A DNA stretch of 64,000 nt from Eledone cirrhosa (taxonomy: Eukaryota): assembly GCA_964016885.1 (NCBI GenBank), contig OZ024742.1, positions 377,952,001 to 378,016,000 on the forward strand, written 5' to 3'. Under the pieces are notes generated by a model. That model was not told the origin of the DNA. It made no database searches and worked only from the letters and a program-made list of their open reading frames with translations. Both the position numbers and the translations under genes were made by a program. This document shows, piece by piece, positions 1 to 15,100 of the stretch (position 1 is its first letter; each line of letters starts with the position of its first letter).

Positions 1-690
1 TGTTAAACTATCTCTACAGAAGACTAGAACATAATTCTACTTCTGTCACTTGTTAAACTATCTCTACAGAAGACTAGAACATAATTCTACTTCTTTCACT
101 TGTTAAACTATCTCTACAGAAGACTAGAACATAATTCCACTTCTGTCACTTGTTAAACTATCTCTACAGAATACTAGAACTTATTTCTACTTCTGTCACA
201 TGATAAACTATCTCTACAGAAGACTAGAACATATTTCTACTTCTGTCACTTGTTAAACTATCTCTACAGAAGACTAGAACATATTTCTACTTCTGTCACT
301 TGTTAAACTATCTCTACAGAAGACTAGAACATAATTCTTCTTCTGTCACTTGTTAAACTATCTCTACAGAAGACTAGAACATAATTCTACTTCTTTCACT
401 TGTTAAACTATCTCTACAGAAGACTAGAACATAATTCTACTTCTTTCACTTGTTAATCTATCTCTACAGAAGACTAGAACATAATTCTACTTCTGTCACT
501 TGTTAAACTATCTCTACAGAAGACTAGAACTAATTTCTACTTCTGTCAGTTGTTAAACTATCACTAAAGAAGACTTGAACATATTTCTACTTCTGTCACT
601 TGTTAAACTATCTCTACAGAAGACTAGAACATAGAACATATTTCTGCTTCTGTCACTTGTTAAAGTATCTCTACAGAAGACTAGAACATA

Positions 691-3600
691 TTACTACTTC
701 TGTCACTTGTTAAACTATCTCTACAGAATACTAGAACATATTTCTACTACTGTCCCTTGTTAAACTCTCTCTACAGAAGACTAGAACATATTTCTACTAC
801 TGTCCCTTGTTAAACTATCTCTACAGAAGACTAGAACATATTTCTACTTCTGTCACTTGTTAAACTATCTCTACAGAATACTACGACATATTTCTACATC
901 TGTCACTTGTTAAACTATCTCTACAGAAGACTAGAACATATTTCTTCTTCTGTTACTTGTCACACTATCTCTACAGAAGACTAGAACATAATTCTACTTC
1001 TGTCACTTGTTAACCTATCTCTACAGAAGACTAGAACATGATTCTACTACTCTCACTTGTTAAACTACCTCTACAGAAGACAAGAACATATTTCTACTTC
1101 TGTCACTTGTTAAACTACCTCAACAGAAGGATAGAACACATTTCTACTTCTGTCACTTGTTAAACTATCTCTAAAGAAGACTAGAACATATTTCCACTTC
1201 TGTCACATGTTAAACTATCTCTGCAGAAGACTAGAACATAGTTCTACTCCTGTCACTCGTTAAATTATCTCTACAGAAGACTAGAAAATAATTCTACTTC
1301 TTTCACATGTTAAACTATCTCTACAGAAGACTAGAACATAATTCTACTTCTTTCACATGTTAAACCATCTCTACAGAAGACTAGAACATATTTCTACTAT
1401 TGTCACTTGTTAACTTATCTCTACAGAAGACTAGAACATAATTCTACTTCTGTCACTTGTTAAACTATCTCTACAGAAGACTAGAACATAATTCTACTTC
1501 TGTCACTTGTTAAACTATCTCTACAGAAGACTAGAACATAGAACATATTTCTACTTCTGTCACTTGTTAAACTATCTCTACAGAAGATTAAAACATATTT
1601 CTACTTCTGTCACTTGTTAAACTATCTCTACAGAAGACTAGAACATAATTCTACTTCTTTCACTTGTTAAACTATCTCTACAGAAGACTAGAACTTAATT
1701 CTACTTCTTTCACTTGTTAAACTATCTCTGCAGAAGACTAGAACATAGTTCTACTTCTGTCACTTGTTAAACTATCTCTACAGAAGACTAGAACGTAGAA
1801 CATATTTCTACTTCTGTCACTTGTTAAACTATCTCTACATAAGACTAAATCATATTTCTACTTCTGTCACTTGTTAAACTATCTCTACAGAAGACTAGAA
1901 CATAGAACATATTTCTACTTCTGTCACTTGTTAAACTATCTCTACAGAAGACTAAAACATATTTCTACTTCTGTCACTTGTTAAACTATCTCTACAGAAG
2001 ACTAGAACATAATTCTACTTCTTTCACTTGTTAAACTATCTCTACAGAAGACTAGAACATAATTCTACTTCTTTCACTTGTTAAACTATCTCTACAGAAG
2101 GCTAGAACATAATTCTACTTCTGTCACTTGTTAAACTATCTCTACAGAAGACTAGAACATAATTCTACTTCTGTCACTTGTTAAACTATCTCTACAGAAG
2201 ACTAGAACTAATTTCTACTTCTGTCAGTTGTTAAACTATCAGTAAAGAAGACTTGAACATATTTCTACTTCTGTCACTTGTTAAACTATCTCTACAGAAG
2301 ATTAGAACATAGAACATATTTCTGCTTCTGTCACTTGTTAAACTATCTCTACAGAAGTCTAGAACATAGAACATATTTCTACTTCTGTCACTTGTTAAAC
2401 TATCTCTACAGAAGACTAAAAATATTTCTACTTCTGTCACTTGTTAAACTATCTCTACAGAAGACTAGAACATATTTCTACTTCTGTCACTTGTTAAACT
2501 ATCTCTACAGAAGACTAGAACGTAGAACATATTTCTACTTCTGTCACTTGTTAAACTATCTCTACATAAGACTAAATCATATTACTACTTCTGTCACTTG
2601 TTAAACTATCTCTACAGAAGACAAAACATAATTCTACTTCTTTCACTTGTTAAACTATCTCTACAGAAGACTAGAACATATTTCTACTTCTGTCACTTGT
2701 TAAACTATCTCTACAGAAGACTAGAACATATTTCTACTTCTGTCACTTGTTAAACTATCTCTACAGAAGACTAGAACATAATTCTACTTCTGTCACTTGT
2801 TAAACTATCTCTACAGAAGACTAGAACATAGAACATATTTCTACTTCTGTCACTTGTTAAACTATCTCTACAGAAGACTAGAACATAGAACATATTTCTA
2901 CTTCTGTCACTTGTTAAACTATCTCTACATAAGACTAAATCATATTACTACTTCTGTCACTTGTTAAACTATCTCTACAGAATACTAGAACATATTTCTA
3001 CTACTGTCCCTTGTTAAACTCTCTCTACAGAAGACTAGAACATATTTCTACTACTGTCCCTTGTTAAACTATCTCTACAGAAGACTAGAACATATTTCTA
3101 CTTCTGTCACTTGTTAAACTATCTCTACAGAATACTACGACATATTTCTACATCTGTCACTTGTTAAACTATCTCTACAGAAGACTAGAACATATTTCTT
3201 CTTCTGTTACTTGTCACACTATCTCTACAGAAGACTAGAACATAATTCTACTTCTGTCACTTGTTAACCTATCTCTACAGAAGACTAGAACATGATTCTA
3301 CTACTCTCACTTGTTAAACTACCTCTACAGAAGACAAGAACATATTTCTACTTCTGTCACTTGTTAAACTACCTCAACAGAAGGATAGAACACATTTCTA
3401 CTTCTGTCACTTGTTAAACTATCTCTAAAGAAGACTAGAACATATTTCCACTTCTGTCACATGTTAAACTATCTCTGCAGAAGACTAGAACATAGTTCTA
3501 CTCCTGTCACTCGTTAAATTATCTCTACAGAAGACTAGAAAATAATTCTACTTCTTTCACATGTTAAACTATCTCTACAGAAGACTAGAACATAATTCTA

Positions 3601-6600
3601 CTTCTTTCACATGTTAAACCATCTCTACAGAAGACTAGAACATATTTCTACTATTGTCACTTGTTAACTTATCTCTACAGAAGACTAGAACATAATTCTA
3701 CTTCTGTCACTTGTTAAACTATCTCTACAGAAGACTAGAACATAATTCTACTTCTGTCACTTGTTAAACTATCTCTACAGAAGACTAGAACATAGAACAT
3801 ATTTCTACTTCTGTCACTTGTTAAACTATCTCTACAGAAGATTAAAACATATTTCTACTTCTGTCACTTGTTAAACTATCTCTACAGAAGACTAGAACAT
3901 AATTCTACTTCTTTCACTTGTTAAACTATCTCTACAGAAGACTAGAACTTAATTCTACTTCTTTCACTTGTTAAACTATCTCTGCAGAAGACTAGAACAT
4001 AGTTCTACTTCTGTCACTTGTTAAACTATCTCTACAGAAGACTAGAACGTAGAACATATTTCTACTTCTGTCACTTGTTAAACTATCTCTACATAAGACT
4101 AAATCATATTTCTACTTCTGTCACTTGTTAAACTATCTCTACAGAAGACTAGAACATAGAACATATTTCTACTTCTGTCACTTGTTAAACTATCTCTACA
4201 GAAGACTAAAACATATTTCTACTTCTGTCACTTGTTAAACTATCTCTACAGAAGACTAGAACATAATTCTACTTCTTTCACTTGTTAAACTATCTCTACA
4301 GAAGACTAGAACATAATTCTACTTCTTTCACTTGTTAAACTATCTCTACAGAAGGCTAGAACATAATTCTACTTCTGTCACTTGTTAAACTATCTCTACA
4401 GAAGACTAGAACATAATTCTACTTCTGTCACTTGTTAAACTATCTCTACAGAAGACTAGAACTAATTTCTACTTCTGTCAGTTGTTAAACTATCACTAAA
4501 GAAGACTTGAACATATTTCTACTTCTGTCACTTGTTAAACTATCTCTACAGAAGATTAGAACATAGAACATATTTCTGCTTCTGTCACTTGTTAAACTAT
4601 CTCTACAGAAGTCTAGAACATAGAACATATTTCTACTTCTGTCACTTGTTAAACTATCTCTACAGAAGACTAAAAATATTTCTACTTCTGTCACTTGTTA
4701 AACTATCTCTACAGAAGACTAGAACATATTTCTACTTCTGTCACTTGTTAAACTATCTCTACAGAAGACTAGAACGTAGAACATATTTCTACTTCTGTCA
4801 CTTGTTAAACTATCTCTACATAAGACTAAATCATATTACTACTTCTGTCACTTGTTAAACTATCTCTACAGAAGACAAAACATAATTCTACTTCTTTCAC
4901 TTGTTAAACTATCTCTACAGAAGACTAGAACATATTTCTACTTCTGTCACTTGTTAAACTATCTCTACAGAAGACTAGAACATATTTCTACTTCTGTCAC
5001 TTGTTAAACTATCTCTACAGAAGACTAGAACATAATTCTACTTCTGTCACTTGTTAAACTATCTCTACAGAAGACTAGAACATAGAACATATTTCTACTT
5101 CTGTCACTTGTTAAACTATCTCTACAGAAGACTAGAACATAGAACATATTTCTACTTCTGTCACTTGTTAAACTATCTCTACATAAGACTAAATCATATT
5201 ACTACTTCTGTCACTTGTTAAACTATCTCTACAGAATACTAGAACATATTTCTACTACTGTCCCTTGTTAAACTCTCTCTACAGAAGACTAGAACATATT
5301 TCTACTACTGTCCCTTGTTAAACTATCTCTACAGAAGACTAGAACATATTTCTACTTCTGTCACTTGTTAAACTATCTCTACAGAATACTACGACATATT
5401 TCTACATCTGTCACTTGTTAAACTATCTCTACAGAAGACTAGAACATATTTCTTCTTCTGTTACTTGTCACACTATCTCTACAGAAGACTAGAACATAAT
5501 TCTACTTCTGTCACTTGTTAACCTATCTCTACAGAAGACTAGAACATGATTCTACTACTCTCACTTGTTAAACTACCTCTACAGAAGACAAGAACATATT
5601 TCTACTTCTGTCACTTGTTAAACTACCTCAACAGAAGGATAGAACACATTTCTACTTCTGTCACTTGTTAAACTATCTCTAAAGAAGACTAGAACATATT
5701 TCCACTTCTGTCACATGTTAAACTATCTCTGCAGAAGACTAGAACATAGTTCTACTCCTGTCACTCGTTAAATTATCTCTACAGAAGACTAGAAAATAAT
5801 TCTACTTCTTTCACATGTTAAACTATCTCTACAGAAGACTAGAACATAATTCTACTTCTTTCACATGTTAAACCATCTCTACAGAAGACTAGAACATATT
5901 TCTACTATTGTCACTTGTTAACTTATCTCTACAGAAGACTAGAACATAATTCTACTTCTGTCACTTGTTAAACTATCTCTACAGAAGACTAGAACATAAT
6001 TCTACTTCTGTCACTTGTTAAACTATCTCTACAGAAGACTAGAACATAGAACATATTTCTACTTCTGTCACTTGTTAAACTATCTCTACAGAAGATTAAA
6101 ACATATTTCTACTTCTGTCACTTGTTAAACTATCTCTACAGAAGACTAGAACATAATTCTACTTCTTTCACTTGTTAAACTATCTCTACAGAAGACTAGA
6201 ACTTAATTCTACTTCTTTCACTTGTTAAACTATCTCTGCAGAAGACTAGAACATAGTTCTACTTCTGTCACTTGTTAAACTATCTCTACAGAAGACTAGA
6301 ACGTAGAACATATTTCTACTTCTGTCACTTGTTAAACTATCTCTACATAAGACTAAATCATATTTCTACTTCTGTCACTTGTTAAACTATCTCTACAGAA
6401 GACTAGAACTAATTTCTACTTCTGTCAGTTGTTAAACTATCACTAAAGAAGACTTGAACATATTTCTACTTCTGTCACTTGTTAAACTATCTCTACAGAA
6501 GATTAGAACATAGAACATATTTCTGCTTCTGTCACTTGTTAAACTATCTCTACAGAAGTCTAGAACATAGAACATATTTCTACTTCTGTCACTTGTTAAA

Positions 6601-7130
6601 CTATCTCTACAGAAGACTAAAAATATTTCTACTTCTGTCACTTGTTAAACTATCTCTACAGAAGACTAGAACATATTTCTACTTCTGTCACTTGTTAAAC
6701 TATCTCTACAGAAGACTAGAACGTAGAACATATTTCTACTTCTGTCACTTGTTAAACTATCTCTACATAAGACTAAATCATATTACTACTTCTGTCACTT
6801 GTTAAACTATCTCTACAGAAGACAAAACATAATTCTACTTCTTTCACTTGTTAAACTATCTCTACAGAAGACTAGAACATATTTCTACTTCTGTCACTTG
6901 TTAAACTATCTCTACAGAAGACTACAACATATTTCTACTTCTGTCACTTGTTAAACTATCTCTACAGAAGACTAGAACATAATTCTACTTCTGTCACTTG
7001 TTAAACTATCTCTACAGAAGACTAGAACATAGAACATATTTCTACTTCTGTCACTTGTTAAACTATCTCTACAGAAGACTAGAACATAGAACATATTTCT
7101 ACTTCTGTCACTTGTTAAACTATCTCTACA
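691..7130 (+). repeat. Higher-order repeat, 2254 bp (44 monomers), about 3 copies; third copy has a 307-bp (6-monomer) deletion
   Basis: Marker CTACGACATA at 881, 3135 and 5389 (spacing 2254, 2254). Identical ORF translations at 2278, 4532 and 6479 (spacing 2254, 1947). 44x50 + 8x7 - 2 = 2254 fits the eight 57-mers and two 49-mers I counted. Confidence 0.92.
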
Positions 7131-7829
7131 GAAGACTAAAACATATTTCTACTTCTGTCACTTGTTAACCTATCTCTACAGAAGACTAGAACATGATTCT
7201 ACTACTCTCACTTGTTAAACTACCTCTACAGAAGACAAGAACATATTTCTACTTCTGTCACTTGTTAAACTACCTCAACAGAAGGATAGAACACATTTCT
7301 ACTTCTGTCACTGGTTAAACTATCTCTAAAGAAGACTAGAACATATTTCCACTTCTGTCACATGTTAAACTATCTCTGCAGAAGACTAGAACATAGTTCT
7401 ACTCCTGTCACTCGTTAAATTATCTCTACAGAAGACTAGAAAATAATTCTACTTCTTTCACATGTTAAACTATCTCTACAGAAGACTAGAACATAATTCT
7501 ACTTCTTTCACATGTTAAACCATCTCTACAGAAGACTAGAACATATTTCTACTATTGTCACTTGTTAACTTATCTCTACAGAAGACTAGAACATAATTCT
7601 ACTTCTGTCACTTGTTAAACTATCTCTACAGAAGACTAGAACATAATTCTACTTCTGTCACTTGTTAAACTATCTCTACAGAAGACTAGAACATAGAACA
7701 TATTTCTACTTCTGTCACTTGTTAAACTATCTCTACAGAAGACTAAAACATATTTCTACTTCTGTCACTTGTTAAACTATCTCTACAGAAGACTAGAACA
7801 TAATTCTACTTCTTTCACTTGTTAAACTA

Positions 7830-9120
7830 TCTCTACAGAAGACTAGAACTTAATTCTACTTCTTTCACTTGTTAAACTATCTCTGCAGAAGACTAGAACA
7901 TAGTTCTACTTCTGTCACTTGTTAAACTATCTCTACAGAAGACTAGAACGTATAACATATTTCTACTTCTGTCACTTGTTAAACTATCTCTACATAAGAC
8001 TAAATCATATTTCTACTTCTGTCACTTGTTAAACTATCTCTACAGAAGACTAAAACATAGAACATATTTCTACTTCTGTCACTTGTTAAACTATCTCTAC
8101 AGAAGACTAAAACATATTTATACTTCTGTCACTTGTTAAACTATCTCTACAGAAGACTAGAACATAATTCTACTTCTTTCACTTGTTAAACTATCTCTAC
8201 AGAAGACTAGAACATAATTCTACTTCTTTCACTTGTTAAACTATCTCTACAGAAGACTAGAACATAATTCTACTTCTGTCACTTGTTAAACTATCTCTAC
8301 AGAAGACTAGAACATAATTCTACTTCTGTCACTTGTTAAACTATCTCTACAGAAGACTAGAACTAATTTCTACTTCTGTCAGTTGTTAAACTATCACTAA
8401 AGAAGACTTGAACATATTTCTACTTCTGTCACTTGTTAAACTATCTCTACAGAAGATTAGAACATAGAACATATTTCTGCTTCTGTCACTTGTTAAACTA
8501 TCTCTACAGAAGACTAGAACTTAATTCTACTTCTTTCACTTGTTAAACTATCTCTGCAGAAGACTAGAACATAGTTCTACTTCTGTCACTTGTTAAACTA
8601 TCTCTACAGAAGACTAGAACGTATAACATATTTCTACTTCTGTCACTTGTTAAACTATCTCTACATAAGACTAAATCATATTTCTACTTCTGTCACTTGT
8701 TAAACTATCTCTACAGAAGACTAAAACATAGAACATATTTCTACTTCTGTCACTTGTTAAACTATCTCTACAGAAGACTAAAACATATTTATACTTCTGT
8801 CACTTGTTAAACTATCTCTACAGAAGACTAGAACATAATTCTACTTCTTTCACTTGTTAAACTATCTCTACAGAAGACTAGAACATAATTCTACTTCTTT
8901 CACTTGTTAAACTATCTCTACAGAAGACTAGAACATAATTCTACTTCTGTCACTTGTTAAACTATCTCTACAGAAGACTAGAACTAATTTCTACTTCTGT
9001 CAGTTGTTAAACTATCACTAAAGAAGACTTGAACATATTTCTACTTCTGTCACTTGTTAAACTATCTCTACAGAAGATTAGAACATAGAACATATTTCTG
9101 CTTCTGTCACTTGTTAAACT
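7830..9120 (+). repeat. Local 671-bp (13-monomer) tandem duplication
   Basis: Private variant GAACGTATAACATA with TATAAC at 7951 and 8622. The linked variants CTAAAACATAGAAC and ATATTTATACTT are also repeated at the same offset. Confidence 0.85.
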
Positions 9121-12100
9121 ATCTCTACAGAAGTCAAAGAACATAGAACATATTTCTACTTCTGTCACTTGTTAAACTATCTCTACAGAAGACTAAAAAT
9201 ATTTCTACTTCTGTCACTTGTTAAACTATCTCTACAGAAGACTAGAACATATTTCTACTTCTGTCACTTGTTAAACTATCTCTACAGAAGACTAGAACGT
9301 AGAACATATTTCTACTTCTGTCACTTGTTAAACTATCTCTACATAAGACTAAATCATATTACTACTTCTGTCACTTGTTAAACTATCTCTACAGAAGACA
9401 AAACATAATTCTACTTCTTTCACTTGTTAAACTATCTCTACAGAAGACTAGAACATAATTCTACTTCTTTCACTTGTTAAACTATCTCTACAGAAGACTA
9501 GAACATATTTCTACTTCTGTCACTTGTTAAACTATCTCTACAGAAGACTAGAACATATTTCTACTTCTGTCACTTGTTAAACTATCTCTACAGAAGACTA
9601 GAACATAATTCTACTTCTGTCACTTGTTAAACTATCTCTACAGAAGACTAGAACATAATTCTACTTCTTTCACTTGTTAAACTATCTCTACAGAAGACTA
9701 GAACATAATTCTACTTCTGTCACTTGTTAAACTATCTCTACAGAAGACTAGAACATAATTCTACTTCTGTCACTTGTTAAACTATCTCTACAGAAGACTA
9801 GAACTAATTTCTACTTCTGTCAGTTGTTAAACTATCACTAAAGAAGACTTGAACATATTTCTACTTCTGTCACTTGTTAAACTATCTCTACAGAAGACTA
9901 GAACATAGAACATATTTCTGCTTCTGTCACTTGTTAAAGTATCTCTACAGAAGACTAGAACATATTACTACTTCTGTCACTTGTTAAACTATCTCTACAG
10001 AAGACTAGAACATATTTCTACTACTGTCCCTTGTTAAACTCTCTCTACAGAAGACTAGAACATATTTCTACTACTGTCCCTTGTTAAACTATCTCTACAG
10101 AAGACTAGAACATATTTCTACTTCTGTCTCTTGTTAAACTATCTCTACAGAATACTACGACATATTTCTACTTCTGTCACTTGTTAAACTATCTCTACAG
10201 AAGACTAGAACATAGAACATATTTCTGCTTCTGTCACTTGTTAAAGTATCTCTACAGAAGACTAGAACATATTACTACTTCTGTCACTTGTCACACTATC
10301 TCTACAGAAGACTAGAACATAATTCTACTACTCTCACTTGTTAAACTACCTCTACAGAAGACAAGAACATATTTCTACTTCTGTCACTTGTTAAACTACC
10401 TCAACAGAAGGATAGAACACATTTCTACTTCTGTCACTTGTTAAACTATCTCTAAAGAAGACTAGAACATATTTCCACTTCTGTCACATGTTAAACTATC
10501 TCTGCAGAAGACTAGAACATAGTTCTACTCCTGTCACTCGTTAAATTATCTCTACAGAAGACTAGAAAATAATTCTACTTCTTTCACATGTTAAACTATC
10601 TCTACAGAAGACTAGAAAATAATTCTACTTCTTTCACATGTTAAACCATCTCTACAGAAGACTAGAACATATTTCTACTATTGTCACTTGTTAACTTATC
10701 TCTACAGAAGACTAGAACATAATTCTACTTCTGTCACTTGTTAAACTATCTCTACAGAAGACTAGAACATAATTCTACTTTTGTCACTTGTTAAACTATC
10801 TCTACAGAAGACTAGAACATAGAACATATTTCTACTTCTGTCACTTGTTAAACTATCTCTACAGAAGACTAAAACATATTTCTACTTCTGTCACTTGTTA
10901 AACTATCTCTACAGAAGACTAGAACATAATTCTACTTCTTTCACTTGTTAAACTATCTCTACAGAAGACTAGAAATTAATTCTACTTCTTTCACTTGTTA
11001 AACTATCTCTACAGAAGACTAGAACGTAGAACATATTTCTACTTCTGTCACTTGTTAAACTATCTCTACATAAGACTAAATCATATTTCTACTTCTGTCA
11101 CTTGTTAAACTATCTCTACAGAAGACTAGAACATAGAACATATTTCTACTTCTGTCACTTGTTAAACTATCTCTACAGAAGACTAAAACATATTTCTACT
11201 TCTGTCACTTGTTAAACTATCTCTACAGAAGACTAGAACATAATTCTACTTCTGTCACTTGTTAAACTATCTCTACAGAAGACTAGAACAAAGAACATAT
11301 TTCTACTTCTGTCACTTGTTAAACTATCTCTACAGAAGACTAAAACATATTTCTACTTCTGTCACTTGTTAAACTATCTCTACAGAAGACTAGAACATAA
11401 TTCTACTTCTTTCACTTGTTAAACTATCTCTACAGAAGACTAGAACATAATTCTACTTCTTTCACTTGTTAAACTATCTCTACAGAAGACTAGAACATAA
11501 TTCTACTTCTGTCACTTGTTAAACTATCTCTACAGAAGACTAGAACATAATTCTACTTCTGTCACTTGTTAAACTATCTCTACAGAAGACTAGAACTAAT
11601 TTCTACTTCTGTCAGTTGTTAAACTATCACTAAAGAAGACTTGAACATATTTCTACTTCTGTCACTTGTTAAACTATCTCTACAGAAGATTAGAACATAG
11701 AACATATTTCTGCTTCTGTCACTTGTTAAACTATCTCTACAGAAGTCAAAGAACATAGAACATATTTCTACTTCTGTCACTTGTTAAACTATCTCTACAG
11801 AAGACTAAAAATATTTCTACTTCTGTCACTTGTTAAACTATCTCTACAGAAGACTAGAACATATTTCTACTTCTGTCACTTGTTAAACTATCTCTACAGA
11901 AGACTAGAACGTAGAACATATTTCTACTTCTGTCACTTGTTAAACTATCTCTACATAAGACTAAATCATATTACTACTTCTGTCACTTGTTAAACTATCT
12001 CTACAGAAGACAAAACATAATTCTACTTCTTTCACTTGTTAAACTATCTCTACAGAAGACTAGAACATATTTCTACTTCTGTCACTTGTTAAACTATCTC

Positions 12101-15100
12101 TACAGAAGACTAGAACATATTTCTACTTCTGTCACTTGTTAAACTATCTCTACAGAAGACTAGAACATAATTCTACTTCTGTCACTTGTTAAACTATCTC
12201 TACAGAAGACTAGAACATAATTCTACTTCTTTCACTTGTTAAACTATCTCTACAGAAGACTAGAACATAATTCTACTTCTTTCACTTGTTAATCTATCTC
12301 TACAGAAGACTAGAACATAATTCTACTTCTGTCACTTGTTAAACTATCTCTACAGAAGACTAGAACATAATTCTACTTCTGTCACTTGTTAAACTATCTC
12401 TACAGAAGACTAGAACTAATTTCTACTTCTGTCAGTTGTTAAACTATCACTAAAGAAGACTTGAACATATTTCTACTTCTGTCACTTGTTAAACTATCTC
12501 TACAGAAGACTAGAACATAGAACATATTTCTGCTTCTGTCACTTGTTAAAGTATCTCTACAGAAGACTAGAACATATTACTACTTCTGTCACTTGTTAAA
12601 CTATCTCTACAGAAGACTAGAACATATTTCTACTACTGTCCCTTGTTAAACTCTCTCTACAGAAGACTAGAACATGTTTCTACTACTGTCCCTTGTTAAA
12701 CTATCTCTACAGAAGACTAGAACATATTTCTACTTCTGTCTCTTGTTAAACTATCTCTACAGAATACTACGACATATTTCTACATCTGTCACTTGTTAAA
12801 CTATCTCTACAGAAGATTAGAACATATTTCTTCTTCTGTTACTTGTCACACTATCTCTACAGAAGACTAGAACATAATTCTACTACTCTCACTTGTTAAA
12901 CTACCTCTACAGAAGACAAGAACATATTTCTACTTCTGTCACTTGTTAAACTACCTCAACAGAAGGATAGAACACATTTCTACTTCTGTCACTTGTTAAA
13001 CTATCTCTAAAGAAGACTAGAACATATTTCCACTTCTGTCACATGTTAAACTATCTCTGCAGAAGACTAGAACATAGTTCTACTCCTGTCACTCGTTAAA
13101 TTATCTCTACAGAAGACTAGAAAATAATTCTACTTCTTTCACATGTTAAACTATCTCTACAGAAGACTAGAAAATAATTCTACTTCTTTCACATGTTAAA
13201 CCATCTCTACAGAAGACTAGAACATATTTCTACTATTGTCACTTGTTAACTTATCTCTACAGAAGACTAGAACATAATTCTACTTCTGTCACTTGTTAAA
13301 CTATCTCTACAGAAGACTAGAACATAATTCTACTTTTGTCACTTGTTAAACTATCTCTACAGAAGACTAGAACTTAGAACATATTTCTACTTCTGTCACT
13401 TGTTAAACTATCTCTACAGAAGACTAAAACATATTTCTACTTCTGTCACTTGTTAAACTATCTCTACAGAAGACTAGAACATAATTCTACTTCTTTCACT
13501 TGTTAAACTATCTCTACAGAAGACTAGAAATTAATTCTACTTCTTTCACTTGTTAAACTATCTCTGCAGAAGACTAGAACATAGTTCTACTTCTGTCACT
13601 TGTTAAACTATCTCTACAGAAGACTAGAACGTAGAACATATTTCTACTTCTGTCACTTGTTAAACTATCTCTACATAAGACTAAATCATATTTCTACTTC
13701 TGTCACTTGTTAAACTATCTCTACAGAAGACTAGAACATAGAACATATTTCTACTTCTGTCACTTGTTAAACTATCTCTACAGAAGACTAAAACATATTT
13801 CTACTTCTGTCACTTGTTAAACTATCTCTACAGAAGACTAGAACATAATTCTACTTCTGTCACTTGTTAAACTATCTCTACAGAAGACTAGAACAAAGAA
13901 CATATTTCTACTTCTGTCACTTGTTAAACTATCTCTACAGAAGACTAAAACATATTTCTACTTCTGTCACTTGTTAAACTATCTCTTCAGAAGACTAGAA
14001 CATAATTCTACTTCTTTCACTTGTTAAACTATCTCTACAGAAGACTAGAACATAATTCTACTTCTTTCACTTGTTAAACTATCTCTACAGAAGACTAGAA
14101 CATAATTCTACTTCTGTCACTTGTTAAACTATCTCTACAGAAGTCTAGAACATAATTCTACTTCTGTCACTTGTTAAACCATCTCTACAGAAGACTAGAA
14201 CTAATTTCTACTTCTGTCAGTTGTTAAACTATCACTAAAGAAGACTTGAACATATTTCTACTTCTGTCACTTGTTAAACTATCTCTACAGAAGATTAGAA
14301 CATAGAACATATTTCTGCTTCTGTCACTTGTTAAACTATCTCTACAGAAGTCAAAGAACATAGAACATATTTCTACTTCTGTCACTTGTTAAACTATCTC
14401 TACAGAAGACTAAAAATATTTCTACTTCTGTCACTTGTTAAACTATCTCTACAGAAGACTAGAACATATTTCTACTTCTGTCACTTGTTAAACTATCTCT
14501 ACAGAAGACTAGAACGTAGAACATATTTCTACTTCTGTCACTTGTTAAACTATCTCTACATAAGACTAAATCATATTACTACTTCTGTCACTTGTTAAAC
14601 TATCTCTACAGAAGACAAAACATAATTCTACTTCTTTCACTTGTTAAACTATCTCTACAGAAGACTAGAACATAATTCTACTTCTTTCACTTGTTAAACT
14701 ATCTCTACAGAAGACTAGAACATATTTCTACTTCTGTCACTTGTTAAACTATCTCTACAGAAGACTAGAACATATTTATACTTCTGTCACTTGTTAAACT
14801 ATCTCTACAGAAGACTAGAACATAATTCTACTTCTGTCACTTGTTAAACTATCTCTACAGAAGACTAGAACATAATTCTACTTCTTTCACTTGTTAAACT
14901 ATCTCTACAGAAGACTAGAACATAATTCTACTTCTTTCACTTGTTAATCTATCTCTACAGAAGACTAGAACATAATTCTACTTCTGTCACTTGTTAAACT
15001 ATCTCTACAGAAGACTAGAACATAATTCTACTTCTGTCACTTGTTAAACTATCTCTACAGAAGACTAGAACTAATTTCTACTTCTGTCAGTTGTTAAACT

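Noticed and set aside
266-296. Rho-independent terminator, tRNA or integron attC interpretation of the monomer hairpin
   Set aside because: The stem is AT-rich with no U-tract, no cloverleaf, and no cassette ORFs between units.
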